Assembly: GCA_902805655.1 (NCBI GenBank)
Contig: CADCTF010000104.1
Coordinates: forward strand, 38,302 to 102,301
DNA length: 64,000 nt
DNA from: an uncultured Acidimicrobiales bacterium
GTDB taxonomy: Bacteria > Actinomycetota > Acidimicrobiia > Acidimicrobiales > CADCTF01
Reading direction: 5' to 3'
Shown: piece by piece, positions 48,399-57,457 of the stretch
Layout: every line of letters starts with the position of its first letter
Numbering within the stretch: position 1 is the stretch's first letter
Position numbers and translations under genes: made by a program
The notes under the pieces: model-generated
Databases searched by the model: none
What the model saw: only the letters and a program-made list of their open reading frames with translations
What the model was told of the DNA's origin: nothing

Positions 48399-48695
48399 AT
48401 GGAGAAGGTCTTCGAGATCTACATCCGCACCACCCCCGAGCGACTGTGGGAGGCGATCACCGACAGCGAGATCCGGAGCAAGTACAGCTTCGGCAACCGC
48501 ATCAGCTCCGACTGGACGCCCGGCTCGCGCTTCGAGATGACCAACCAGAACGCGGATGCACCGCTCCGCGAGGGTGAGAACCTCGAGGTCGACCCACCAC
48601 GCCGCCTCGTACAGACGATGCGGGCCTCCGGCTTGAAGACCTGGCTCGAGACGGGCCAGCTGCTCACGACGCCTGGGTCGCTCATGTACACCTGA
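48399..48695 (+). pseudogene. SRPBCC/AHSA1-domain gene with apparent in-frame internal deletion
   Basis: MEKVFEIYIRTTPERLWEAITD...EVDPPRRLVQTMRA joined directly to SGLKTWLETG; the strands and GW motif normally in between are absent; only 98 aa. Confidence 0.65.
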
Positions 48696-48723
48696 CCCAG
48701 GTCGGGCCGGCGAGACGCCGGGC

Positions 48724-49719
48724 TCAGCGCTCGGCGTCACCCCGGCGCCACTCCAGGGTCAGCTCGTCGAGACGGGCCTTGAGCGCGGGCTCCATGGGGT
48801 TCTTCTGCGCTGCGGCCAGGCTGTCGGCCAGCTGCTCGGGGCGGCTGGCGCCGATGATGGCGCTGGTGACGGCGGGGTTGGCGAGCACCCACGACACGGC
48901 CATCGTCGTCATCGACATGCCGGCCTCGGCGGCCACGTCGCGGAGGGCGTCGACCGTGTCGAACTCGCGGTCGTGCCAGTAGCGCGACTGGTAGTTCCCG
49001 GCCGCCTGGCCGAGGGTGAACCGGGTGCCCTCGGTAGGCGGTGCCTCGCGGTCGTGCTTGCCGGTGAGCAGGCCGCCGGCGATCGGGTTGTAGGGGATCA
49101 CGGCGACGCCCTCTTCCTCGCACAGCGGCAGCAGGTCACGCTCGAACTGGCGGAAGAGCAGGTTGTAGCGAGGCTGGACCGAGTCGATGCGGACGAGCCC
49201 CTTGACCTCGCTGCGCCCCAGGGCACGGGCGACTCGGTGGGCCAGCCAGTTCGAGACTCCGACGTAGCGGGCCTTCCCCGAGCGCACGACGGTGTCGAGG
49301 GCCTCCAGCGCTTCGTCGATCGGCGTCGCCGGGTCGTAGGAGTGCAGCTGGTACAGGTCGACGTAGTCGGTGCCGAGTCGCCGGAGGCTGCCGTCGATGG
49401 CGTCGAGCACGTGCTTGCGCGACATGCCCTGGTCCCACCGCTTCGGGCCCATGCGCCCGACGCACTTGGTGGCCAGGATGAACTGGTCGCGCTTGCCGGC
49501 CAGCCAGGACCCCACGATCTCCTCCGTGCGCCCGACCGTCTCCAGCCCGCCGCCGAGCGGATAGACGTCCGCAGCATCGAGGAAGTCGATGCCGCCCTCG
49601 GCCGCGGTGTCGAGGATGGCGTGGCTCTGGGCCTCGTCGCACTGCAGCCCGAAGGTCATCGTGCCCATGCAGAGGCGGGAGACGACGAGGCCGGTGCGAC
49701 CGAAGGTGGTGTGGTCCAT
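48724..49719 (-). CDS. Aldo/keto reductase
   Basis: LCMGTMTFG, DAADVY, ATK, SLRRLGTDYVDLYQLH, QPRYNLL, IIGASR. Confidence 0.95.
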   Translation of the reverse strand: MDHTTFGRTGLVVSRLCMGTMTFGLQCDEAQSHAILDTAAEGGIDFLDAADVYPLGGGLETVGRTEEIVGSWLAGKRDQFILATKCVGRMGPKRWDQGMSRKHVLDAIDGSLRRLGTDYVDLYQLHSYDPATPIDEALEALDTVVRSGKARYVGVSNWLAHRVARALGRSEVKGLVRIDSVQPRYNLLFRQFERDLLPLCEEEGVAVIPYNPIAGGLLTGKHDREAPPTEGTRFTLGQAAGNYQSRYWHDREFDTVDALRDVAAEAGMSMTTMAVSWVLANPAVTSAIIGASRPEQLADSLAAAQKNPMEPALKARLDELTLEWRRGDAER

Positions 49720-49854
49720 CCGACGACCCTACGACCGGTGCCCGATATCGTGATCGCCATGCCCGGCAACCGCTGAACCTGAGCCCGAGGTCCTCCACCT
49801 GACGGCAGCGCGCCATCCCGCTCGCCCATCCGTCACGTGAGGAGATCTTCGTTC

Positions 49855-51069
49855 ATGTCCCGATTCCACCGCCTGCTCCGGCTGCCCCGCGAGGGCCGCA
49901 GCCCGGCCGTGTCCGATCGCGCCCTCGGGCTCAGCTTCAGCGGCCGCTTCGTCGACGAGGTGCTCTCGGGCACCTGGTCGGTGCTCATGCCGACGTTCCG
50001 AAGCCACTTCGGCCTGTCGCTCGTGCAGGTCGGCCTGCTCGACCAGGTGCTCAGCTGGGTCGCCCTGGTCATCGAGCCGCCGGCCTCGCTGCTCATCGAC
50101 GTCCGGTCACGGCGCGTGCTGCTGACGTTCGGCGCCATCTGCGTCGGCCTGTCGACGCTGCTCATGGGCCTGTCGCCGTCGTACGCCGCGCTGGTGGCCG
50201 CCTTCGCCGTGTACGGCCTGGGAGGTGGCCCGCTGACCCACACGGCCGACGTCGTCAACATCGAGGCCTACCCCGACGATCCCGAGCGCGCCTTCGGCCG
50301 GGCCACGTCGCTCGACACCATCGGGGCGATGCTGGCCCCGGGCCTCGTCGCCGCAACGGGGTGGCTGCAGCTCGACTGGAGGATCCTCCTGGTCGCTTTG
50401 GGCGCCGGGGCCCTGGGCTACGCATGGGCGATCGCAGCCACGCCGTTCCCGGCGCCGGCGCGGGATGGCGAAGCGCACCACGTGCTGGCCGAGCTCCGGG
50501 CCAACGTGCGGCTCGTCCTGCGGGATCACCAGGCGCGGGCCTGGTTGGCCGTGCTGCTGGCCTTCGACCTGTTCGAGACGGCGATGCTGCTGAAGTACGT
50601 GTTCCTGGTGGAGGAGGTCGGCCTCTCCCAGGCGCAGGCGGCCCTCTACGGCGTGGCCGAGCAGGCCGTCGACCTCGTCGCCCTGGCGTGGCTCGATCGA
50701 CGCCTCGACCGGAGCGGGTCGAGTGGCGTGCTCCCGTGGGCGGCGGGCGCCACGCTCGTGCTGATGCCCGCCTGGGTGCTCGCGCCCGGCGTGCCCGCCC
50801 GGCTCCTGATCGGCATCCCGCTGTCGTTCGCGTGGACGCTGTTCTGGCCGATCGGCAAGGCCCGCTCACTGGCCAGCATGCCGGGCCGGGCGGGAGCGGT
50901 GAACGCAGTGACGACACTGTTCGTCCTGCTGCCGCTGCCGATCGCCTTCGGTTTCCTGGCCCAGCGCATCGGGCTCGGAACCGCGATGGCCGTCACGGGT
51001 GTGGCCGGCTCGATCGCCGTGCTCGTCACGAGCCGCGTGGCCGAGCGGGGTCAGGCCGTCCGGCGGTAG
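49855..51069 (+). CDS. MFS transporter
   Basis: About 12 hydrophobic segments; LLIDVRSRR motif-A-like; GAGGAG RBS before ATG 49855. Confidence 0.8.
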   Translation: MSRFHRLLRLPREGRSPAVSDRALGLSFSGRFVDEVLSGTWSVLMPTFRSHFGLSLVQVGLLDQVLSWVALVIEPPASLLIDVRSRRVLLTFGAICVGLSTLLMGLSPSYAALVAAFAVYGLGGGPLTHTADVVNIEAYPDDPERAFGRATSLDTIGAMLAPGLVAATGWLQLDWRILLVALGAGALGYAWAIAATPFPAPARDGEAHHVLAELRANVRLVLRDHQARAWLAVLLAFDLFETAMLLKYVFLVEEVGLSQAQAALYGVAEQAVDLVALAWLDRRLDRSGSSGVLPWAAGATLVLMPAWVLAPGVPARLLIGIPLSFAWTLFWPIGKARSLASMPGRAGAVNAVTTLFVLLPLPIAFGFLAQRIGLGTAMAVTGVAGSIAVLVTSRVAERGQAVRR

Positions 51070-51875
51070 CGGGCCTCCGCGAGGCTGAACACGCCGTAGA
51101 GCACCAGCCCGAAGGCGATGATCCAGAGCAGGACTCGGCCCCACGCCACGCCGGCCAGGGTGTGCAGCGCGGCGGAGAGCCCGCCCGCCTGGTTGGCGTC
51201 GTGCTGCAGCGCAGCCACGACGAGCAGCGCGCCGACCGTCGTGAAGACGAGCCCCTTAGCCGTGTAGCCGGCACGCCCGGCGAGCCCGACGGCGCGCTCG
51301 ACCTCGTGGCTCATGTCACGGTGCGCCAGACGCTTCATGAAGTGCTTCTGCAACCCGTGGTGGTAGATGACGTAGAGGCCGAAGCCCGCCACTGCCAGTC
51401 CGGCGAGACCGGTGAGGAACGTTCCGGCTGGAAGGTCCAGCAGCCGAGCGGCGGCCTGCTGCTCACCGGGTGAGCCACCACCACCACCACCACTTCGCCC
51501 TCGGTTGTCTCCCAGGACCCGGGCGGAGCTCAGGGTGACCCCTGCGTAGATGGCGGCCTTCGCCGCAAACTTGACGCGGTCCTTCCTCTCCGAGCCCTCG
51601 ACAGGGTCCCCCGTGGCGGCCAGGAGCACGTTCCAGAGCGTGAGCGAGGCCAAGCCGATCGTGAGCGCCACCAGCAGCACCTGGCCGAACGGCTGACGGG
51701 CGATCTGTTCGATGGCGCCGGTGGTCGTCGTCTCCTCGCCTCCAGGGCCGCCGAAGACGGACTGCACTGTGAGCGCACCCAGGGAGAGGTAGAGCCCTCC
51801 CTTCGCCACCAGGCCGGCCCGCGCCAGCGACGACCGCCAGCTGCCACCGGGCGCGGTGCCGACCCGTACGGTCAG
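51051..51875 (-). CDS. DUF1206-family membrane protein
   Basis: LARAGLVAKG, QPFGQVLL, GRAGYTAKGLVF, AGGLSAAL, EARYRR; start codon unclear. Confidence 0.8.
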   Translation of the reverse strand: MTVRVGTAPGGSWRSSLARAGLVAKGGLYLSLGALTVQSVFGGPGGEETTTTGAIEQIARQPFGQVLLVALTIGLASLTLWNVLLAATGDPVEGSERKDRVKFAAKAAIYAGVTLSSARVLGDNRGRSGGGGGGSPGEQQAAARLLDLPAGTFLTGLAGLAVAGFGLYVIYHHGLQKHFMKRLAHRDMSHEVERAVGLAGRAGYTAKGLVFTTVGALLVVAALQHDANQAGGLSAALHTLAGVAWGRVLLWIIAFGLVLYGVFSLAEARYRRTA

Positions 51876-52120
51876 CGTCGAACCGCCGCTCGGTCGAGCA
51901 GGACGATGAGGAGAGCAGCGGCGATGATGGCCACGATGCTGCCGAGGACGTTCAGCTCGAAGACATCGCCGGTGCCGAGCGCGCTGGCCACGACACCTCC
52001 GATCACCGAGCCGACGACACCGACCAGAAGGGTAACGATGAGGCTGAGGTGCTGCCTGCCAGGGAGAACCAGGCGGGCGAGCGCACCGACCACGAGGCCG
52101 AAGACGATGAACCCGAGCAT
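51872..52120 (-). CDS. GlsB/YeaQ/YmgE family small membrane protein
   Basis: GLVVGALARLVLPG, LVGVVGSVIGG. Confidence 0.88.
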   Translation of the reverse strand: MLGFIVFGLVVGALARLVLPGRQHLSLIVTLLVGVVGSVIGGVVASALGTGDVFELNVLGSIVAIIAAALLIVLLDRAAVRR

Positions 52121-52168
52121 CCCCCTTGCTTGCCCGAAGGGCAGTTCGAGCAACCACTCGAGCGCAGG

Positions 52169-53026
52169 ATGAAGATGTCCCGACGAGCGTTCCTCGCTAC
52201 GGGCGCAGGTGGCGTGGTGGCGGCGGCAGCCGGCGGCGGCGCGGTGCTCGTCGGCGACGCCAGCCGGGCACGGCGGTGGCTGCATGGTCGGGGCTACCTG
52301 GACGCGCCCTCGATCAAGGCACCTGCGGCGGATGTGGCGGTGCGGGAGTCCACGCTGGCCTCCCGGCACATCGGGCGCGACGTGGCCTGGGCCATGGCGC
52401 TCCCTGCTGCGCCACCGGCCGCGCTCCTGTTGTGCCTGCACGGCCGGGGAGCGGCCCATGGCTTCGCGTTCGAGCCCATGGAGGTGCACCGCTTCGTCGC
52501 CGGGGCCGGCTGGCCGTGGGTCGTGGCCGCGGTGGACGGCGGAGAGGCGTCCTTCTGGCATCGGCGGGTGGATGGCACGGACGCATCGGCGATGGTGTTC
52601 GAGGAGCTGCTCCCGGTGGTCCGCCAGGCGGTGGGCGACGTCCCCCTCGGCCTCCTCGGGTGGTCGATGGGCGGATACGGCGCCCTGCTGGCCGCCACTG
52701 ATCGCCGTGACCAGGTCCAGGCCGTGGCCGCCACCGCTCCGGCGCTGTGGCGCTCGTTCTCAGAGGCCAGGCCAGGGGCCTTCGACGACGCGGCGGACTT
52801 CGAGACCCACGACGTCCTTCGCCGCCTCGACCGCCTGGCCGGCCTGCCGGTGCGCATCGACTGTGGCCGGGACGACGCGTTGGCCGACGTAGCCCGGCTC
52901 CTGGCCGACCGGCTGCCCCACGCCGAGAGCGACTTCGGCCCCGGCTACCACGACGCCGACACGTGGCGGACCCGTCTGCCCGCTCAGCTCGACTTCTTCC
53001 GCCGCGCCTTCCCAACGCCCACCTGA
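52169..53026 (+). CDS. Tat-exported alpha/beta-hydrolase (esterase family)
   Basis: SRRAFL twin-arginine signal; LHGRG, GWSMGGYGAL, DCGRDD, GYHD. Confidence 0.85.
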   Translation: MKMSRRAFLATGAGGVVAAAAGGGAVLVGDASRARRWLHGRGYLDAPSIKAPAADVAVRESTLASRHIGRDVAWAMALPAAPPAALLLCLHGRGAAHGFAFEPMEVHRFVAGAGWPWVVAAVDGGEASFWHRRVDGTDASAMVFEELLPVVRQAVGDVPLGLLGWSMGGYGALLAATDRRDQVQAVAATAPALWRSFSEARPGAFDDAADFETHDVLRRLDRLAGLPVRIDCGRDDALADVARLLADRLPHAESDFGPGYHDADTWRTRLPAQLDFFRRAFPTPT

Positions 53027-53029
53027 GCC

Positions 53030-54193
53030 ATGGGAAGCGCCTCGAGTGCAGTCGCCGGCCTGCTGCTTGCCCTGGGCCTCTGCGCCTGCGTGAACGGCGG
53101 ACGCGAGGAGGAGCCTCCTCCGGGACCTTCGCCGGGTCCTCCTCAGTCCGTTCCGCAGCCGCCGCTTCCGCCGAGTCAGGCCCTGAACATCCAGGCGTCG
53201 GCTGACCTCGCCCTGGCCGCCGGTGCCCGCGCCGTCGTCGTGATCCACAACGGCCAGATGGTCCTCGAGCGCTACGGCGGTGCGGGCGGGGCGACTGTCC
53301 CCGAGCCGCTGGCTTCGGGCACCAAGAGCTTCACGTGCGCACTCGCAGCTGCGGCCGAGGACGACGGCTTCATGAGGCTGGACGACCTGTCCTCCACCGT
53401 CATCGCCCCGTGGCGGCCAGGCGGTGCGGCCCCGCGGGTCGACCGCAAGCGAGAGATCCGCCACGTCGACCTGCTGTCACAGAGCTCGGGGATCGCGGCG
53501 GGCGCGTCCGCGGGGTCGGAGCTCAAGAGGGTTGACAGCTACGCCCAAGCCATCAACGCCTTGTCCCTCTACGCCCCCGGGCACGCCATGGTCTACGGAC
53601 CGAACAGCTTCCAGGCCTTCGCCGCCGCCTTCGAGCTCAGCACCGGCGGCTCGGTCGATCCCGGGGGATCCGTGACCGGCGGGCGGGATCCGGTGAGCTA
53701 CCTCCAGACCCGCGTGTTCGACCGATTGGGCGTGGTCCCTGGCGACTGGGAGCGAGACACAAAGGGCAAGCCGAACTTCGGCGGTGGTGCGCGCCTCACG
53801 GCCGGCGAATGGGCGCGCTACGGCCAGCTGATCCTGCAGAACGGCCGATGGAACGGAGAGCAGGTGCTGTCGGAGGCCGGCGTGCGCCGCTGCACGGGCT
53901 ACGAGACAGGCGCGTTCCGCGCCTACGGCCTCGGGTGGTGGTTGAACCGTCCGACGGACGGCACGTACACGCCGGGTGTGGACTCCGTGCCATGGCCTGC
54001 CGACGTTCGAGAGCGGTTCGCCGCCGGAGGCAAGATCGCGCCGGACGTGCCCGACAGCATGTTCCTGGCCTATGGCGCCGGGAACATGAAGATGTTCGTG
54101 CTGCCCTCCCACGAGCTGGTGGTGGTGCGCCTGGGCGGCTCGGCCGACGACAACCGCTTCCTCGGGGTGCTGATCGGCACCGTGGATCCATAG
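53030..54193 (+). CDS. Serine hydrolase, beta-lactamase/AmpC-like fold, probable lipoprotein
   Basis: LCAC lipobox-like, Pro-rich linker, SGTK (SxxK), LLSQSSG, ARYGQLILQNGRW, YGLGWW. Confidence 0.85.
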   Translation: MGSASSAVAGLLLALGLCACVNGGREEEPPPGPSPGPPQSVPQPPLPPSQALNIQASADLALAAGARAVVVIHNGQMVLERYGGAGGATVPEPLASGTKSFTCALAAAAEDDGFMRLDDLSSTVIAPWRPGGAAPRVDRKREIRHVDLLSQSSGIAAGASAGSELKRVDSYAQAINALSLYAPGHAMVYGPNSFQAFAAAFELSTGGSVDPGGSVTGGRDPVSYLQTRVFDRLGVVPGDWERDTKGKPNFGGGARLTAGEWARYGQLILQNGRWNGEQVLSEAGVRRCTGYETGAFRAYGLGWWLNRPTDGTYTPGVDSVPWPADVRERFAAGGKIAPDVPDSMFLAYGAGNMKMFVLPSHELVVVRLGGSADDNRFLGVLIGTVDP

Positions 54194-54229
54194 CCGGCGG
54201 CCACCACCACCTGAGCCATGCGAGCGGCG

Positions 54230-55066
54230 TCAGGGGAGGACGGCGTCGGGGGGGAGAGCGACGATGCCGCTCCCACCGATCTCCCGGATGTCGCCGAGTC
54301 GGCGCCACAGGGCGTCGCCCTCGACCACGAGGTGCACCGCGACCAGGTCGTCGCGACCGGCAAGGGGCAGCACGGTCGGGGCGGCCAGACCGGGGAAGAG
54401 CACCGTGAGGCGCGCCACCTCGTCCGGCGGCAGGTGCAGCATCACGTAGCGGTACCGGCCCGCGTCCAGGGCCGCCTGCAGCCGAAGCGTCAGGTCGGCC
54501 AGGCCCTCGGCACCGTCGTGCACGAACAGCGCCTGGCACTCGGCGATGGTGGCGAGCACGCGGAGCCGGTTCTGGCTCAGGCTGGTGCCGGTCTCGCGCA
54601 GGTCGACGATGGCATCGGCGAGACCGGCCGCGCACACGCCCTCGAGCGCGCCGCCCATCGCGACCACGGTCACCTCGGTGCCGTGCCCGCCGAACCAGCT
54701 CGCCGTCGCCCTCGGCAGGTGGGTGGCCACCACTCCGCCGGCCAGATCCGCCGAGGTCGTGCGCCCGTCGTCGTCGCGACTGGCCAGCACCAGCTCGGAC
54801 CTGGCGATGCCGAGCGGCACCGAGGCCAGACCCTCGAGGGCCTCCTCGAGCACGATGTCGGTGGAGAGGAAGGCGGCGTCGATGCGGCCCGTCGCCAGCC
54901 ACGCGCCGGCGTCCCGGGGTCGCATCTCGATGAGCTCCATGCCATCGACGGTCGTGCGCGCGCCAGAGCCGCGCAGTCCTGACGTCGGGTAGCCGGCGTG
55001 ATCGAGCAGGGCGACGACGCCGTCGCGGAGGCGGCCCCGAGACGGGATCGCGACCCGGACGCTCAT
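54230..55066 (-). CDS. hisG: ATP phosphoribosyltransferase (long form)
   Basis: VAIPSRGRL, RPRD, ADAIVDLRETGTSL, C-terminal PGLAAPTVLPL domain; downstream of hisE. Confidence 0.92.
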   Translation of the reverse strand: MSVRVAIPSRGRLRDGVVALLDHAGYPTSGLRGSGARTTVDGMELIEMRPRDAGAWLATGRIDAAFLSTDIVLEEALEGLASVPLGIARSELVLASRDDDGRTTSADLAGGVVATHLPRATASWFGGHGTEVTVVAMGGALEGVCAAGLADAIVDLRETGTSLSQNRLRVLATIAECQALFVHDGAEGLADLTLRLQAALDAGRYRYVMLHLPPDEVARLTVLFPGLAAPTVLPLAGRDDLVAVHLVVEGDALWRRLGDIREIGGSGIVALPPDAVLP

Positions 55067-55356
55067 CGCCGTCGCCTGGCCAGCTCGTCGAGCACGGTGT
55101 CGAACGCGACGTCGGCCCCCACCAACCCGGCGAGCAGGTGGAAGATCAGGTCGGCAGCCTCAGAGGTGATCCGCTCCGGGTCCCGTGCGGCGCGCCCGAG
55201 CTCGAGGCACACCTCGAACGCCTCCTCCATGATCTTGCGCTGTGTCAGCTCGGGATCACCGAGCAGCAGTGCGGAGTAGGAGTCGGGTGGGGCATCGGTG
55301 CGCCGGGAGCGCAGCAGCGATTCGAGGTCGTCGAGCGGGTTGGCCACGTTCCGCAT
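55063..55356 (-). CDS. hisE: Phosphoribosyl-ATP pyrophosphatase
   Basis: SYS, RKIMEEAFEV, SEAADLIFHL, ELARRR; ATGA overlap with hisG. Confidence 0.92.
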   Translation of the reverse strand: MRNVANPLDDLESLLRSRRTDAPPDSYSALLLGDPELTQRKIMEEAFEVCLELGRAARDPERITSEAADLIFHLLAGLVGADVAFDTVLDELARRRR

Positions 55357-55462
55357 CCTGGGCCACCCGAAGGATGGGCGCGTCGATTTTCGCCACAGAG
55401 TCAGCGACTCTGTTCGCGCCCGGCGAGATCGTCGTCGTTAGCGTCACTGCCGAGGGGGGACG

Positions 55463-56521
55463 ATGTCCGAGGCGCACAGCCGCGTGTCCGGCCGCGAGCT
55501 GGCGGAGCACTTCCATCGCGAGGCCGTGAGGCCGATCCTGGCCGAGCTGCTCCCGCCCGGGTCGTGGGCCGCGGCCCGCCTCGGTTCGGGTTCCGACGTG
55601 CTGGGTCTCGACGACGCCGTCTCGCAGGATCACGACTGGGGGTGCCGGCTCACGGTCGTCCTGACCGCGCCCCGTGCCGGATCGGTGGACCGCATCGACG
55701 AAGCGCTGGAGCGCGCGCTGCCGGGGTCGTTCCGCGGGCGGCCGGTGCGGTTCGCGACGACGTGGGATCCGCAGGTCCGCCACAGGGTCGAAGTGGTCAC
55801 GGCGTCGGACCTCGCGGTCAGCCGGCTCGGGCTGGACCCGACTCGAGGCCTGCAACCTGCGGACTGGTTGGTGCTGACCGGCCAGTCGGTGCTCGAGGTG
55901 ACGGCCGGTCCGATCTTCGAGGACTCGCCGGGCGTGCTGGCGCCACTGCATGCCGCGCTCCGCTGGTACCCGCACGACGTGTGGCTGTACGTGCTCGCCT
56001 CGGGGTGGTCCCGGCTCACCCAGGAGATGCCTTTCGTCGGACGCGCTGCGGATGTCGGCGACGACATCGGGTCACACGTCTTGTCCGCCCGGCTCGTTCG
56101 AGATGTGATGCATCTGGCCTTCCTGCTCGAACGACGGTGGCCGCCCTATGCCAAGTGGCTCGGCACTGCGTTCCGCGACCTGCCGCTCGGCCCGCCCCTC
56201 GCCCCGACGCTCGAAGAGGCCCTGTCCCCAGGTGGCTGGAGGCTGCGGGAGGCCGGGCTGGCGACGGCTCTCGACCAGCTCCGTGAGCGCCAGCGGGAGC
56301 TCGGCCTCCCGGTTGCCGCGGAGGCCGTCATCCCGTTCCACGACCGCCCGTACCGAACCGCCAACCCGGAGATGGCGACGGCGCTCGTCGCCGCCATCAC
56401 CGATCCCGAGGTGACCGCGCTTCCGGTCGGCCTGGGCTCCGTCGAGCAGTGGTCCGACAACGTGGACCTGCTCACCAGCCCGGTTCGTCGCATGCTGGCC
56501 CGCGCCCTGTACCGCGACTGA
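55463..56521 (+). CDS. DUF4037-domain protein (nucleotidyltransferase-like N-terminus)
   Basis: LGSGSDVLGLDDAVSQDHDWG, WYPHDVW, PYAKWLG. Confidence 0.82.
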   Translation: MSEAHSRVSGRELAEHFHREAVRPILAELLPPGSWAAARLGSGSDVLGLDDAVSQDHDWGCRLTVVLTAPRAGSVDRIDEALERALPGSFRGRPVRFATTWDPQVRHRVEVVTASDLAVSRLGLDPTRGLQPADWLVLTGQSVLEVTAGPIFEDSPGVLAPLHAALRWYPHDVWLYVLASGWSRLTQEMPFVGRAADVGDDIGSHVLSARLVRDVMHLAFLLERRWPPYAKWLGTAFRDLPLGPPLAPTLEEALSPGGWRLREAGLATALDQLRERQRELGLPVAAEAVIPFHDRPYRTANPEMATALVAAITDPEVTALPVGLGSVEQWSDNVDLLTSPVRRMLARALYRD

Positions 56522-56534
56522 GGCGCTCCGCGGT

Positions 56535-56963
56535 TCAGGCCCGCTGCGTGCGGATCTGCGCAGTCGCCGTAGCCACCGCCACGATCTCGCCGGACTCGTC
56601 GAGGAGCTCACCGGCCAGGAAGCCGATGTTGGTGCCGCGCCGCACCACCCGCCCTCGCCCGATCAGCCGGCCCGGCCGTGCCGCCCGCAGGAACTGCACA
56701 TGGAGATCTGTGGTGGGGGCGAACTCCCCGGGCCCGAGGGTGGCCACCAGCGCGGGACCGAGCGTGTCATCGAGCATCGCGGCCAGGAAGCCGCCCTGCA
56801 CCACGCCGACGGGGTTCAGGAACTGCTCGCTCGCGGTGAAGCCGACCTCGATCGTCCCAGCGTCCGGGTCGACGGACCGAAGCTCCCACCCGAGCGTCCC
56901 AGCGGCGGGTGGGGGCGCGACCCGTCCCTCCATCACGTCCCAGAAGGGACCCTCTCGAGCCAT
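56535..56963 (-). CDS. PaaI-family thioesterase
   Basis: NPVGVVQGGFLAAMLDD hotdog-fold motif. Confidence 0.9.
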   Translation of the reverse strand: MAREGPFWDVMEGRVAPPPAAGTLGWELRSVDPDAGTIEVGFTASEQFLNPVGVVQGGFLAAMLDDTLGPALVATLGPGEFAPTTDLHVQFLRAARPGRLIGRGRVVRRGTNIGFLAGELLDESGEIVAVATATAQIRTQRA

Positions 56964-57032
56964 GAGCGCAGTTCCTATCAGGCTCCGCCCGGCGGGGCGC
57001 TCGCGCCCTCCGAGGGGCGGCGAGCCAGCCGT

Positions 57033-57401
57033 TCACGCTGGCGGCGCTTCGGACCCGTGCTCGGTGTCGTACGCGGCGAGCACCCGTCGCGGCGCCTTCT
57101 CGCGCCACGACTCGATGATCAGCTCCCGCAGCTCGTCCACCTCCATGGCCTCGAGGTTGACGAGCACGGTGGGGTAGCCGTCGTAGTGCGGCGTGGTGAA
57201 GAACTTGCCGGAGTCCGACGCCAGCAGCGCCTCCTTCTCGGCCAGATCCGAGACGAACACGACGAGCCCGCCCTCTGCCTCGGTGCGAAGGCGAAGGAAC
57301 CCCTTGCCCTTCACCTTGTAGGCGGGGGCGCCGTACCACGGAGCCTCGGTCGTCTCGGGCAGGCCGAGCGCGATCTCCCTGACGTCGTCCTCTGTCGCCA
57401 C
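57033..57401 (-). CDS. MmcQ/YjbR-family protein
   Basis: IALGLPE, YGAPAYKVKGK, FFTTPHYDGYP, ELIIESW. Confidence 0.85.
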   Translation of the reverse strand: MATEDDVREIALGLPETTEAPWYGAPAYKVKGKGFLRLRTEAEGGLVVFVSDLAEKEALLASDSGKFFTTPHYDGYPTVLVNLEAMEVDELRELIIESWREKAPRRVLAAYDTEHGSEAPPA

Positions 57402-57457
57402 GTCGCGAAGACTATTTCTGCAGGGACTGAGCCGGCGGGCCGGCCGCGGTCATCGGC

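Noticed and set aside
51475-51493. (CCA)n microsatellite as a phase-variation tract
   Set aside because: Triplet repeat encoding a Gly linker in DUF1206; slippage would keep the frame
54230-55356. hisE-hisG separate from other his genes
   Set aside because: Normal arrangement in actinobacteria
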